Shown here: piece by piece, positions 10,734 to 20,327 of the stretch
Position numbering within the stretch: the first letter of the stretch is position 1
Layout of the letters: each line of letters opens with the position of its first letter
From: Alphaproteobacteria bacterium
Lineage (GTDB): Bacteria > Pseudomonadota > Alphaproteobacteria > Bin95
Reading direction: 5' to 3'
NCBI GenBank assembly: GCA_964291285.2
Contig: OZ219787.1
Coordinates: forward strand, 704,001 to 768,000
DNA length: 64,000 bases
Translations under genes and position numbers: made by a program
The notes under the pieces: generated by a model
The model's database searches: none
Told to the model about the DNA's origin: nothing
What the model saw: the letters and a program-made list of their open reading frames with translations, nothing else

Positions 10734-11861
10734 TCAGCCGACCCCGAAGCGCAACAGCCTGCCCTCGGCGAGCACGGCAACGGGGCGGGGCACGGGCCCG
10801 GCGGGATCGACCAGAAGGATATCCGCTCGCGCCCCTTCGGTGAGCGTTCCCCGGTCGTCCAGCCCCGCCGCGCGGGCCGGGTTCGCGGAGACCAGCGGCC
10901 AGGCGTCCTCCAGCGCGAGGATGCCCTGTTCGGCCAGGCGGAACGGCGCCAGCAGCATGGCGGGATAGTAGTAGTCCGACGCGAGCACCGTGCAGAGGCC
11001 CTCGCGGACCATGTCGGCCGCTCCGGGACAGCCGGTGTGGCTGCCGCCCCGCAGCACGTTGGGCGCACCGAACACGACCGCCTCCCCTGCCGCAGCCGCT
11101 TCGCGCGCCACCGGCACGATCTCCGGGAACTCGGAAATCAGCGCGCCCAGGCTGCGGTAAAGGCTGCGGTCTTCGAGCGTCTCCTCGTCATGGGCGAGCC
11201 GGACGACGCCCGCCGCTTCCGCCGCCGCCGCAATCCGCCGCATGGCCGCGGGAACCTCGGGGGCCCCTTTCCGCACGTCCTCCAGCAGGTCGAGAAAGGC
11301 GGCGTGCGCGAGCCCCGCGCGCTCGGCATATTTCCCGATCTTCTCAGCGTCGCGGCACTGCTCGTAGATCTCCTCGAAATGGTCGTTGAAGGCGAGGAGA
11401 TCGACTTTCCCCGCTTCCATCCACTCGCAGAGCTCGTTCACCGCGCCCAGATTCCAGGTCTCGATGCGCAGGTGCAGGCGGGTGTCCACGACGAGGCGGC
11501 CTTCCAGCGCCTCCAGCGCCGCCATCAGCGCCACCAGCGTGCCGCGTCCCCGCAGCCCCGGCTCCCAGGACCATGTGACCGCGTGGTAGGCCGTGGTGAT
11601 GCCGTTGGCCGCCATCTGCCGGTCGGTGTCGAGCAGCGCCACGTCCAGCGGGAAATGGACGCCGGGGCGCGGCATGATCTGGCGTTCGAAGGCGTCGCCG
11701 TGGATATCCACGATTCCCGGCAGCACCAGAAGCCCGGCGGCGTCCAGAACCTCTCCGCTTGCGCCGCCGTCGGCAACGATCCGCCCGCCGGCGACGGCGA
11801 GGTCGCGCCGCTCGAAGCCGCCTTCCGGCGCCAGGACCCGTCCGCCGGAGATCGTCAGCAA
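10734..11861 (-). CDS. phnM: PhnM-like amidohydrolase (ribose 1-methylphosphonate 5-triphosphate diphosphatase family)
   Basis: PGIVDIHGDAFERQIMPRPGV, GITT, FNDH, GAPNVLRGGSH and LASDYYYP motifs; TTG start inferred. Confidence 0.85.
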   Translation of the reverse strand: MLTISGGRVLAPEGGFERRDLAVAGGRIVADGGASGEVLDAAGLLVLPGIVDIHGDAFERQIMPRPGVHFPLDVALLDTDRQMAANGITTAYHAVTWSWEPGLRGRGTLVALMAALEALEGRLVVDTRLHLRIETWNLGAVNELCEWMEAGKVDLLAFNDHFEEIYEQCRDAEKIGKYAERAGLAHAAFLDLLEDVRKGAPEVPAAMRRIAAAAEAAGVVRLAHDEETLEDRSLYRSLGALISEFPEIVPVAREAAAAGEAVVFGAPNVLRGGSHTGCPGAADMVREGLCTVLASDYYYPAMLLAPFRLAEQGILALEDAWPLVSANPARAAGLDDRGTLTEGARADILLVDPAGPVPRPVAVLAEGRLLRFGVG

Positions 11862-12724
11862 GCGCCGGCCGCCTCCCTGAAGCGCCCGAGGGCCTGGATG
11901 CGCTCGTCCACCGACTCGACCCGGTAGAGGGGGTAGAGCGTCAGCAGGCTTGCGCCGAGCCCACGCCAGCCCTCGGCAGCAGCGGCCCATTTCTGCACGT
12001 CGGGCGAAGAGGCGCGCAGCCAGGCGTCGATACCGAACGAAGCCGGGTCGCGGCCTTCCGCTTCCAGCAGCCCGTGCAGGGTCTCCACGAGCCGCTTGCC
12101 GCTGTCGTCCGGGCGCGCGATGGGAATCCAGCCGTCGCCCATCCTCGCTGCCCGGCGCAGCACGGCCGGATGCGTACCGCCGAACCAGACCGGGATCGGC
12201 CGCTGCACCGGCAGGGGATTGAGCCCGGCGTCGGCGAAGCCGTGCCAGCGGCCCCCGGTCGTCACCAGCTCCTCGGTCCAGAGCCGGCGCATCAGGGCCA
12301 CCTGCTCCGTCTGCCGGGCGCCGCGCGTCTCCCAGTCCTCGTTCAGCGCCTCGTATTCGACGAAGTTCCACCCGGTGCCGATGCCGAGCCGGAGCCGCCC
12401 GCCGGAGAGGATATCGACCTCCGCCGCCTGCTTGGCGACCAGCGCCGTCTGGCGCTGCGGCAGGATCAGCACGCCCGAGGCCAGCCCGATTCGCGTCGTG
12501 CAGGCGGCAAGGTAACCCATCGTGACGAAGGTCTCGTGGAACTGGTCCCGGTGGGTGTAGGGCGGCTTCCAGCCTTCGCGCGAGGCCGGGTCGGCGCCCA
12601 GCACATGGTCGGGCACGGTGATCCAGTCATAGCCCAGCTCTTCGGCCGCCTGCGCCCAGTCGCGTATCGCGGCGAAGTCGGAGCCGAAATCCCTGGTCGG
12701 AAAAAAGGCGCAAAGCCCGGCCAT
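11855..12724 (-). CDS. LLM-class (putative F420-dependent) oxidoreductase
   Basis: PDHV, VLILPQRQTALVAKQAAEVDILSGGRLRLGIGTGWN motifs. Confidence 0.9.
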   Translation of the reverse strand: MAGLCAFFPTRDFGSDFAAIRDWAQAAEELGYDWITVPDHVLGADPASREGWKPPYTHRDQFHETFVTMGYLAACTTRIGLASGVLILPQRQTALVAKQAAEVDILSGGRLRLGIGTGWNFVEYEALNEDWETRGARQTEQVALMRRLWTEELVTTGGRWHGFADAGLNPLPVQRPIPVWFGGTHPAVLRRAARMGDGWIPIARPDDSGKRLVETLHGLLEAEGRDPASFGIDAWLRASSPDVQKWAAAAEGWRGLGASLLTLYPLYRVESVDERIQALGRFREAAGAC

Positions 12725-12910
12725 CGTTCATTCCCGTTGCTTCGGAGCCGCCAGTATAGAGCGGCCCGGCGGGGCGCGCCTTCAACTTTACGCGCCTGCC
12801 TTGCGTCCCTCGGGAACGATACCGGCATCCAAACCTCTCCGTTGACCGAGGATGCCCCACCCCGCCGCGATTGCTGCCATAATGGCGGTGACGGGACGGG
12901 AGGGAGACTC

Positions 12911-13681
12911 ATGGGCGTGCTGGACGGCAGGGCGATTCTGATTACGGGGGCGGCTTCCGGCATCGGGCGGGCGACGGCGATTGCCGCAGCCGCTGCGGGC
13001 GCTTCGGTGCTGGCGACCGATATCGACGAGGCGGGCGGGCGCGAGACCGCAGAGCGCACCGGCGGGCGCTTCATGCCCCAGGACGTGACCGACGAGGCGC
13101 GCTGGCGGGAGGTCGCCGCCGAAGCGGGGCCGCTGCACGGGCTGGTCAACAATGCCGGCATCGCCATCGTGCGCCCGCTGCTGGAGACCAGCCTCGAGGA
13201 CTGGCGCAGGCAGCAGGCGGTGAATGTCGAGGGCGTCTTCCTCGGCGTGAAGCACATCCTGCCGGTCATCCGCGATTCGGGCGGCGGCTCGATCGTCAAC
13301 CTCTCCTCGGTCGCCGGCCTGCGCGGCAACAGCGTCGGCCTTTCCTGCTACAGCGCGACCAAGGGCGCCGTGTGCCTGTTCACCAAGTCGGCCGCGCTGG
13401 AGAGCGCCCGGCGCGGCTGGAACGTGCGCGTGAACTCGGTCCATCCCGGCATCATCGACACGCCGATCTGGGACCGGATGGCGGAGAGCGGCCCCTCGCC
13501 CTTCAACGACCCGACCGCCTCCACCGACCCCGTGGAACGCGCCGCCAGCCGGGTTCCGGGCGGACAGCCCGGCAGGCCGGAGCATATCGCGGACGGCATC
13601 GTGTTCCTGCTTTCCGACGCCTCCACCCACATGACGGGCTCGGAGCTCGTCATCGACCACGGCATGACCGCCGGCACCTGA
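12911..13681 (+). CDS. Short-chain dehydrogenase/reductase
   Basis: TGAASGIG, NNAG, YSATK and NSVHPG motifs; GGAG RBS before ATG 12911. Confidence 0.93.
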   Translation: MGVLDGRAILITGAASGIGRATAIAAAAAGASVLATDIDEAGGRETAERTGGRFMPQDVTDEARWREVAAEAGPLHGLVNNAGIAIVRPLLETSLEDWRRQQAVNVEGVFLGVKHILPVIRDSGGGSIVNLSSVAGLRGNSVGLSCYSATKGAVCLFTKSAALESARRGWNVRVNSVHPGIIDTPIWDRMAESGPSPFNDPTASTDPVERAASRVPGGQPGRPEHIADGIVFLLSDASTHMTGSELVIDHGMTAGT

Positions 13682-13710
13682 CAATCCCGACCCGGAAGGC
13701 CCGACCGACG

Positions 13711-14757
13711 ATGCGCATCCTGACGACCCTGCCGCAGAACGACCTGAACGAAGTGCCGGCGGCGGCCGCTGCGGCCGAGGCTGCCGGTTTCGACGGCGCG
13801 CTCACCATGGAGAACCGCCACGACCCGTTCCTGGCGCTCGGCGTCGCCGCGACCGCGACGGAAAAGCTGGCGCTCGGCACCGCGGTCGCCATCGCCTTCC
13901 CGCGCAGCCCGATGGTGGTGGCGAACGCCTGCTGGGACCTGCAGACCGCCTCGAAGGGCCGCTTCGCGCTCGGCATCGGGCCGCAGATCCGCCCGCACAA
14001 CGAGAAGCGCTTCTCGGTGCCCTGGACGGCGCCGGTGCCGCGGCTGCGCGAATATGTGCAGGCGCTCAGGGCGATCTGGCGGAGCTGGGAGACCGGCGAG
14101 CGGCTGCGCTTCGAGGGCGAGCACTACACCTTCACCCTGATGACGCCGAACTTCACCCCGGCATCGACGGGCCAGCCGATGGTGCCGGTCACCATCGCGG
14201 CGGTCGGCGACTATTCGCTCCGCCTTTCGGGCGAGGTGGCCGACGGGGTGCGGCTGCACGGCTTCTGCACGAGGCGCTACCTGGAGGACGTCTGCCTGCC
14301 GCGCATCGCCGAGGGCATGGCGCGGACGGGGCGCAGGCGCGAGGACTTCGAGGTGACAGGCGGCGGCTTCATCGCCACCGGCGCGAACGACGAGGAAGTG
14401 GAGAAGGCCGTCGAGTGGGTGCGCTACCGCGTCGCCTTCTACGGCTCGACGCCGGGCTACTGGCCGGTGCTGGACCTGCACGATCTCGGCGACCTCGGGC
14501 GCAAGCTCAACCGCATGACCAAGGAGGGCGCCTGGGACCGGATCGCCGCCGAGGTCGATGACGACACGGTGCGCCTGTTCGCCGCCGTCGGCCGGCACGA
14601 CGAGCTTGCGGACGCAGTGGAGGAGCGCTTCGGCGGGGCGGCGGACGCCATCTATGCCAGCCTTTCCATGGACATGCGCCCGGACATCCCGTCCGACGTG
14701 ATCCAGGACATCCGCCGCCTGCCCACCGCCTTCAAGGGCTATGCCACGGCCTGGTGA
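13711..14757 (+). CDS. LLM-class F420-dependent oxidoreductase (TIGR03617-like)
   Basis: ENRHDPFL, AIAFPRSPM, GRFALGIGPQIRPH and AFYGSTP motifs. Confidence 0.88.
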   Translation: MRILTTLPQNDLNEVPAAAAAAEAAGFDGALTMENRHDPFLALGVAATATEKLALGTAVAIAFPRSPMVVANACWDLQTASKGRFALGIGPQIRPHNEKRFSVPWTAPVPRLREYVQALRAIWRSWETGERLRFEGEHYTFTLMTPNFTPASTGQPMVPVTIAAVGDYSLRLSGEVADGVRLHGFCTRRYLEDVCLPRIAEGMARTGRRREDFEVTGGGFIATGANDEEVEKAVEWVRYRVAFYGSTPGYWPVLDLHDLGDLGRKLNRMTKEGAWDRIAAEVDDDTVRLFAAVGRHDELADAVEERFGGAADAIYASLSMDMRPDIPSDVIQDIRRLPTAFKGYATAW

Positions 14758-16603
14758 CATCGGCGCGGTTTCCGCCGGTCCCTCCGCGGGACGGGGTGGA
14801 CGGAGCCGGCGGCTCTCGCTTTCCTGGCTTCTGGCGCTCAGTTTCGGCTCGCTGATCGCGGTCTCGATCCTCGTGGTGCTCGGCTTCGCCGTCTATGGCG
14901 CGGCCCGCAACACGGTGGACCTGTTGCGCGACCGGGCCGACCTCGGGATCGGGGCGCTGACCCGGGAGGTCGAGGGCCTGCTCGAATCGGCGGGCAACCA
15001 GGCCGGTTTCGTGGCGCGGGCGCTGGAGACCGGCCAGGCCGACCCCGGGAACCCGGAGCAGTTGACGGCGCTGCTGTTCGGCGCCATGGCCGCCGATCCC
15101 GCCATCGGCGCTCTCGCCTTTATGGGGGCCGACGGGCGGACGCTCATAGCCGAGAGAACGGAGACCTTGGCGAAGATACGGACTCCGGACTTCTCCAAGG
15201 ACCGGGCGGCGCAGGCCGCGCTCCGCTACGGCCGGGCGAACCGGAAGCCCGTCTGGGTGCCGCCGATCTACCGGCCGGACTACGATTCGTCCGTCCTTAC
15301 CCTCCAGATTCCCATCTACAGGAACGACCGGTTCGAGGGCATGCTGGCGGCGGTGCTGGGCATGAGGGCGCTGTCCGAGTTCCTCGAGCAACTGAGCACC
15401 GGCAGCGCGCCGAACACCTTCGTCCTCTACGGCAAGGACCGGGTACTGGCCCACCGCCTGATGGCGGCGGGCTATCCGGACCTGTCGCTGGAGAAACCGT
15501 TGCCCGAGCTTGCCGGGTTCGGAGACCCGGTGCTGGCCCGCATGTGGGACGAACACTGGATGCGAAGGTCCGGCATCCCACCGCGCCCGCCGCTGCAAAG
15601 CCATCTGGTGGAACTGGCGGGGACGCAGTACCTGTTCCTTTACCGCCAGCTCGACTCCTATACCGCGACGCCGCTCATCCTGGGGGCCTATTTCGATACC
15701 GACGTCATCAGCAGCGAGATAAACCGCCTGCTCAATTCCATGATCGTCGGCTTCGCTGCCCTGGTGCTTGCGGTCCTGCTGGCGCTGTTCATCGGCCGGC
15801 GTCTCTCGCGCCCCGTGCGGCGCCTGTCCTCGGTCGCGCGCCTGATCGGCGAACTCCGGCTGGACGATATCCGCGACCTGCCGGCGAGCCGGGTGCGCGA
15901 GCTCGACGAGCAGTCGAACGCCTTCAACTCGATGACGGGCGCGCTGCGCTGGTTCCAGGCCTATGTGCCGCGCTCGCTGGTCCATCAGCTCATGCGGGAA
16001 GGCGACCTCGCCTCGCTCGCTTCCGACCGGCGCAATGTCACCGTGATGTTCAGCGATATCGCCGGCTACTCGACGATCTCGGAAGGCAAGAGCGCGGCGG
16101 AAGTCGCGGACCTGCTGAACCGCCATTTCGACATACTGACCAGCGCCATCGAGGCGGAAGGCGGCACAGTGGACAAGTTCATCGGCGACAGCGTGATGGC
16201 CTTCTGGGGCGCGCCGGAGAAGCAGAAGAACCGCGCCGTCCGCGCCTGCCGGGCGGCGCTCGCCATCCGGGACGGCATCGCCGCCGACAACCGCGAGCGC
16301 GAAGCCCGCGGCGAGCCGCCCGTCCGCGTGCGCCTCGGCATCCATTCCGGGCAGGCGACCGCGGGCAATATCGGCACGCCCAGCCGGGTCAACTACACGG
16401 TCATCGGCGACGATGTGAACATCGCGCAGCGGCTGGAGCAGCTCGGCAAGGAGGTGTCGCCCGACGCCGGGGTCGCCATCACCGTTAGCGCCTCGACGGT
16501 GGCCGACCTGGACGGGCTGTTCGAGGTGGAGCCGGTCGGCGAGATGGAGGTCAAGGGCCGCGCCGCGCCCGTCGCCGTCTACCGGCTTGTCGGCACGGCA
16601 TAG
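14741..16603 (+). CDS. Membrane adenylate/guanylate cyclase (sensor-HAMP-cyclase)
   Basis: Two TM segments, HAMP-like linker, MFSDIAG, DKFIGD and YTVIGDDVNIAQRLE motifs. Confidence 0.92.
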   Translation: MPRPGDIGAVSAGPSAGRGGRSRRLSLSWLLALSFGSLIAVSILVVLGFAVYGAARNTVDLLRDRADLGIGALTREVEGLLESAGNQAGFVARALETGQADPGNPEQLTALLFGAMAADPAIGALAFMGADGRTLIAERTETLAKIRTPDFSKDRAAQAALRYGRANRKPVWVPPIYRPDYDSSVLTLQIPIYRNDRFEGMLAAVLGMRALSEFLEQLSTGSAPNTFVLYGKDRVLAHRLMAAGYPDLSLEKPLPELAGFGDPVLARMWDEHWMRRSGIPPRPPLQSHLVELAGTQYLFLYRQLDSYTATPLILGAYFDTDVISSEINRLLNSMIVGFAALVLAVLLALFIGRRLSRPVRRLSSVARLIGELRLDDIRDLPASRVRELDEQSNAFNSMTGALRWFQAYVPRSLVHQLMREGDLASLASDRRNVTVMFSDIAGYSTISEGKSAAEVADLLNRHFDILTSAIEAEGGTVDKFIGDSVMAFWGAPEKQKNRAVRACRAALAIRDGIAADNREREARGEPPVRVRLGIHSGQATAGNIGTPSRVNYTVIGDDVNIAQRLEQLGKEVSPDAGVAITVSASTVADLDGLFEVEPVGEMEVKGRAAPVAVYRLVGTA

Positions 16604-16678
16604 CGGCTATCGCTTCCCTCGCCCTGCAATCGCTGCGATAAAGTCCCGACGACGGATGAAGGACAGGGAACGGAACCC

Positions 16679-16849
16679 ATGCCCGACGATCTTGCGGATA
16701 TCCGCAGCCATATCGGCAACCGGCACTCGGATGCCGATGTCGCGACGGCGGCTCCCGTGCTGCTGTTCCAGAAGACGCTCGGGCGCCGCGACCTGGAGCC
16801 GGAGGACGGCGCGGCGATCCCGCCCGGCTGGCACATGCTCCTGTCCTAG
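16679..16849 (+). pseudogene. 5' fragment of MaoC/FAS1-like dehydratase, truncated at the element junction
   Basis: MPDDLADIRSHIGNRHSDADVATAAPV...GAAIPPGWHML then LS-stop; resembles the N-terminus of mesaconyl-C4-CoA hydratase-like proteins (LPPGWH); not in the ORF track. Confidence 0.7.
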
Positions 16850-16889
16850 CCACCACACCCGGCAGGCAATCAGCCTTTGGAGCCGGAGA

Positions 16890-16918
16890 ATTGTGCTTGG
16901 CTAGCTTCATACAGTCAA
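16890..16918 (-). promoter_or_regulatory. Outward-facing sigma70-like promoter at the element left end
   Basis: TTGACT-N17-CACAAT on the minus strand. Confidence 0.5.
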
Positions 16919-16923
16919 GGGTT

Positions 16924-17035
16924 TAAAGAAAGCGGGCAGCGGAAGGCGAATTCCGCTGCCCGATCTTAGCCCGAAAATCGGACTGTAGCCTCAGTCCCCA
17001 CAAGCGCGTCAGGAACCTTCCGAAGCCATCATCAA
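16924..17035 (-). ncRNA. Candidate counter-transcribed RNA upstream of repC
   Basis: Minus-strand TTGACT(17065-70)-N17-TACCTT(17042-47), then a perfect 12-bp stem 16933-44/16951-62 with a U-rich tail; same layout as repABC ctRNAs. Confidence 0.55.
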
Positions 17036-17128
17036 GCTCGGAAGGTAACCCCCCCGGTCTGCCTAGTCAAGCCGGGAAAGCGAAAAAAGTGGGGATCGAG
17101 GCATGGACGACGCCGAGCGTCAAAAATC

Positions 17129-18832
17129 ATGCAAGATCAAGGCACTACAGACCGCCTCAGAGGCGGCGACACCCCGCACGGCCCCTACCCAACAGGGTGC
17201 CGAATCCACAAACCCGAATACGACGCGGCTCGAGATGCCGCCGAGGCCTGGACCGGCCGGGAAGGCGGACTCGACCATTGGGCTCTTCTTGCTCTCCTCC
17301 AGGAGAACCAGCGCGTCAGGGAGCGCTTCGGCTTGAGGTCTCTCCACGTCGATTATCTCCGCGTGTCGTTCAAGAAGCTGCGCCGGGACGACTTCGAGCC
17401 GGGCGACTGCCCTCCCAGCGTCTGGATGAGCAAACGCAAGCTTGCCAGGAAACTGGGCGTCAGCCTGAGAACCGTCTCCAACATCGAGAAGGATCTCGCC
17501 CGGGCCGGTCTCCTCTACTGGAGCGACACGGCCAGCCGGCGCCGCGACGGCAAGCGCAGCAAGCAGGACAGCCGCATCAAATGGGCCCATGGCGTGACCT
17601 TCGCCCCTTTCGCCGCCAACGCCCAGGAAATCGAGGACGCAGCGAGCCAGGCTGAGGAGGAGGACATCGAAGGCGAGGGCCTGGTCCACGAGATCGCCAC
17701 AATCCGCTGCCATACCCGCATCATTCTAAAGGCAGCGCTTCGCTTCGACGAGGCGTCCGCAGCCGTGCTCCAGCCGCTTCTTGCCCGTGTCCTGGCGCTT
17801 CCGGACGCGAAGGGCATGGGCGGTTCCGACATCCACAGCCTCCGCTCCCTTGCGGTTGAGGCGCGGCATATCAAGAAGCAGGCCCGCGCGCTCACGGAAC
17901 CGGCCCTGGATGCCGTCAAACTGCCGACCGTGGAGGAGGTCGAGCCCCCTGAGTCGGCTTCGCCGGAACACCGGAAAGATGCTGAAATTTTCACCCTGGG
18001 GTACCCTCCGACGACAGGGTCCAATTCAATTACACACCAATTCCAAGAGAACACTCTTGTAGCGGCAGACCCACCGGCAGCGCCTTCCCCGCCCCCACCG
18101 AAACCGCCTGCCGCCCGCCTTTCGCCGGAAGGGGGAACCGGTAGTCCTGCGATCCTCGGCCGGTCGCCGGTCTCCGGAGGGCCGCCGGCGTGGCTCATCC
18201 TAGACTCCCTGAGCCCCCGTCTGGGCCGCTTCCTCCCGCCCGGCCGGCCTCCCACGGCCGACGATTTCTTCGAGGCCGCCAACATGACTCGCAGCGAGCT
18301 CGGGATATCCCCCGAAGCCTGGCGCGAGGCCTGCACCGCCCTGTCGCCCGCCTGGGCACTCATGGCGGTCGTCATCGTCGCCTCGCGGCACGATGTCGGC
18401 GAAATCCACACCAGCGCCGGCGGCTATTTCCGGAAGCTGATGGAGCGGGCCCGGCAGGGAACTCTCAACCTTGCCGGCTCGTTGTGGGGCGTGATCGAGC
18501 GCAGCGAGCAACTTCACGTCGCCCGGGTCGCGCCCGCAACAGAAGGAGAACCTTCCATCCCCGGTCCGGACCCGGGCCTTCAATCCTTGCCGTTGCGGGT
18601 CGGCGGGCGGCAGGCCGACCAGGCCACCATGGCAGCCATGTGCCGGACCGCCGCGGACCCGCAAGCCCTTCTCCTCGCCTGGAGCGAGCTGGTCGCCCGA
18701 TACCGCTGCTGGCCGTATCTCGATGAAGTCGAGCGCCTCTACGAACAACTCCTTGCGCCGCAAGCAACCGTCCGCGCCGGGCGGGACAACCGCCGCGCAG
18801 TCGAAAGCGACCCGGAGCCGCACCATGCCTGA
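17129..18832 (+). CDS. repC: Plasmid replication initiator RepC-like
   Basis: N-domain DDFEPG..PSVWMS..LARKLGVSLRTV..LARAGLL..SD..HGVTFAPF; C-domain LGISPEAWREAC...SAGGYFRKL..RARQGTLNLAGSL. Confidence 0.85.
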   Translation: MQDQGTTDRLRGGDTPHGPYPTGCRIHKPEYDAARDAAEAWTGREGGLDHWALLALLQENQRVRERFGLRSLHVDYLRVSFKKLRRDDFEPGDCPPSVWMSKRKLARKLGVSLRTVSNIEKDLARAGLLYWSDTASRRRDGKRSKQDSRIKWAHGVTFAPFAANAQEIEDAASQAEEEDIEGEGLVHEIATIRCHTRIILKAALRFDEASAAVLQPLLARVLALPDAKGMGGSDIHSLRSLAVEARHIKKQARALTEPALDAVKLPTVEEVEPPESASPEHRKDAEIFTLGYPPTTGSNSITHQFQENTLVAADPPAAPSPPPPKPPAARLSPEGGTGSPAILGRSPVSGGPPAWLILDSLSPRLGRFLPPGRPPTADDFFEAANMTRSELGISPEAWREACTALSPAWALMAVVIVASRHDVGEIHTSAGGYFRKLMERARQGTLNLAGSLWGVIERSEQLHVARVAPATEGEPSIPGPDPGLQSLPLRVGGRQADQATMAAMCRTAADPQALLLAWSELVARYRCWPYLDEVERLYEQLLAPQATVRAGRDNRRAVESDPEPHHA

Positions 18833-19643
18833 CCTCTCCAACGGACTGCCGAACAACACCGATCCCCGGGAACTTATCCGGCTCCTGCGGCGCCCCGGCG
18901 TGGCCGCGCGCATGGGACTGCACGGCAACCCCGAAGGGCCGATACGCCTTCTGGAATACTGGATCGGCGGTGTCGACGAGAAGGAATGGCTCGTGGGCGG
19001 TCGTCCCATATCGAGGGTCACGCCGCAGCAGGCCATGAACGATCTGGGACTGAGCAAAGCCGAGTTTCAGGACTACGCGCGACGGCTCCGCAAGATCGGC
19101 GCCTTCGCTCCGGTCGGATTCGATCTCGACGAAGACTCCGGGGTCTTCGATACCCCGCTCCTGGCGGCATCTCCCGCAACAGTCGACGATCTCCCATCCG
19201 TACCGGTTCGGGGACCCGACCGCATGCCTCCCTCAATCAGGGAAGCGCTCGCGCTGGTCGAGAAGATCGAAGCCATGACCGAAGCCGAGCGGAACGCGCT
19301 TTCGTCGGCAGAGAAGGACCTTTGGCTGGCCGCCACCGCAGTCAGCCGCATGCCCGTGCCCCTCGCACGGTTCATGCCGCCACTCGGAGCGCTGGACTGC
19401 GACACCGTGATCGCGGCCACGAAACAGGCCTTGCCCGAGTTCCGGATGTCGCCGCGCGCCTGGAAGGACTTCTGCCGCCAACTGCCCGAATTCCACGCGG
19501 TTATCGCCGTATGCATCGTGGTCGGAGAAATCCTCGACCACCCCGGGCCGGTCCCGGAGGACCTGCCCGACAAGATCCTCAGGCAGCTTTCGACCCAAGA
19601 AAGCACGACCTCCTTCTTCAACTCCCGTAAGCACAAGAGCTGA
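18825..19643 (+). CDS. Second, compact and divergent RepC-like protein
   Basis: KEWLVGGRPI..LGLS and FRMSPRAWKDFC..HAVIAVCIVV echo both RepC domains; overlaps the repC stop. Confidence 0.55.
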   Translation: MPDLSNGLPNNTDPRELIRLLRRPGVAARMGLHGNPEGPIRLLEYWIGGVDEKEWLVGGRPISRVTPQQAMNDLGLSKAEFQDYARRLRKIGAFAPVGFDLDEDSGVFDTPLLAASPATVDDLPSVPVRGPDRMPPSIREALALVEKIEAMTEAERNALSSAEKDLWLAATAVSRMPVPLARFMPPLGALDCDTVIAATKQALPEFRMSPRAWKDFCRQLPEFHAVIAVCIVVGEILDHPGPVPEDLPDKILRQLSTQESTTSFFNSRKHKS

Positions 19644-19649
19644 CCAAGC

Positions 19650-20309
19650 ATGAGCGAACCAGACATCTACGCCGTCATCAGCCAGAAGGGCGGGTCCGGC
19701 AAAACCACGATTTCCACGAACCTCGCCGTCGAGGCCTGTCTGGCCGGAAAGAGGGCGATGATCGTGGACACGGACCCCCAGGGGTCCTCCGGGACCTGGA
19801 GCGATATTCGCGACAAGCCCTTCCCCGAGGTCATCACGACGCAGCCGAGCCGGTTGCCCAGGGAGATCGGGCGAGCTGCCGAGAGCGGCTTCGAGGTCAT
19901 CGTCCTCGACACCCCCGGGCACACCGACATGTCGATGCTGACCGCGGCCCAGCACGCCCGCCTGGTCATCATCCCGTGCCGGCCGCAGGTGTTCGACCTC
20001 GCGTCGATCCGGATGAGCCTCGACGTCTGCCGCATGGCGCAGACTCCCGCAGTCATCGTCTTCTCCGCAGCACCTACACGCGGGCACAGGCCCATCGGCT
20101 CTGCGAGAGATCTTCTGGCCCACGAGGACGTTCCGATCCTGCCGGCGATGCTTCGTCAGCGGACCGCTTTCGCTCACGCATCCTCCTACGGTCTGGGAGT
20201 GAGCGAGTTCGCACCGCGCTGCCCCGCAGCGGTCGAGGCACAAGCGCTCGCCGCTGCCGTCTTCGCCTGGCCCGAACCCGCGCTCACTGTCGTTTCGGCC
20301 GCATCCTGA
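19650..20309 (+). CDS. parA: ParA-family ATPase (short, type Ib-like)
   Basis: SQKGGSGKTT, VDTDPQGS and LDTPG motifs. Confidence 0.93.
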   Translation: MSEPDIYAVISQKGGSGKTTISTNLAVEACLAGKRAMIVDTDPQGSSGTWSDIRDKPFPEVITTQPSRLPREIGRAAESGFEVIVLDTPGHTDMSMLTAAQHARLVIIPCRPQVFDLASIRMSLDVCRMAQTPAVIVFSAAPTRGHRPIGSARDLLAHEDVPILPAMLRQRTAFAHASSYGLGVSEFAPRCPAAVEAQALAAAVFAWPEPALTVVSAAS

Positions 20310-20327
20310 TCCCACCGGAGACCTTTC

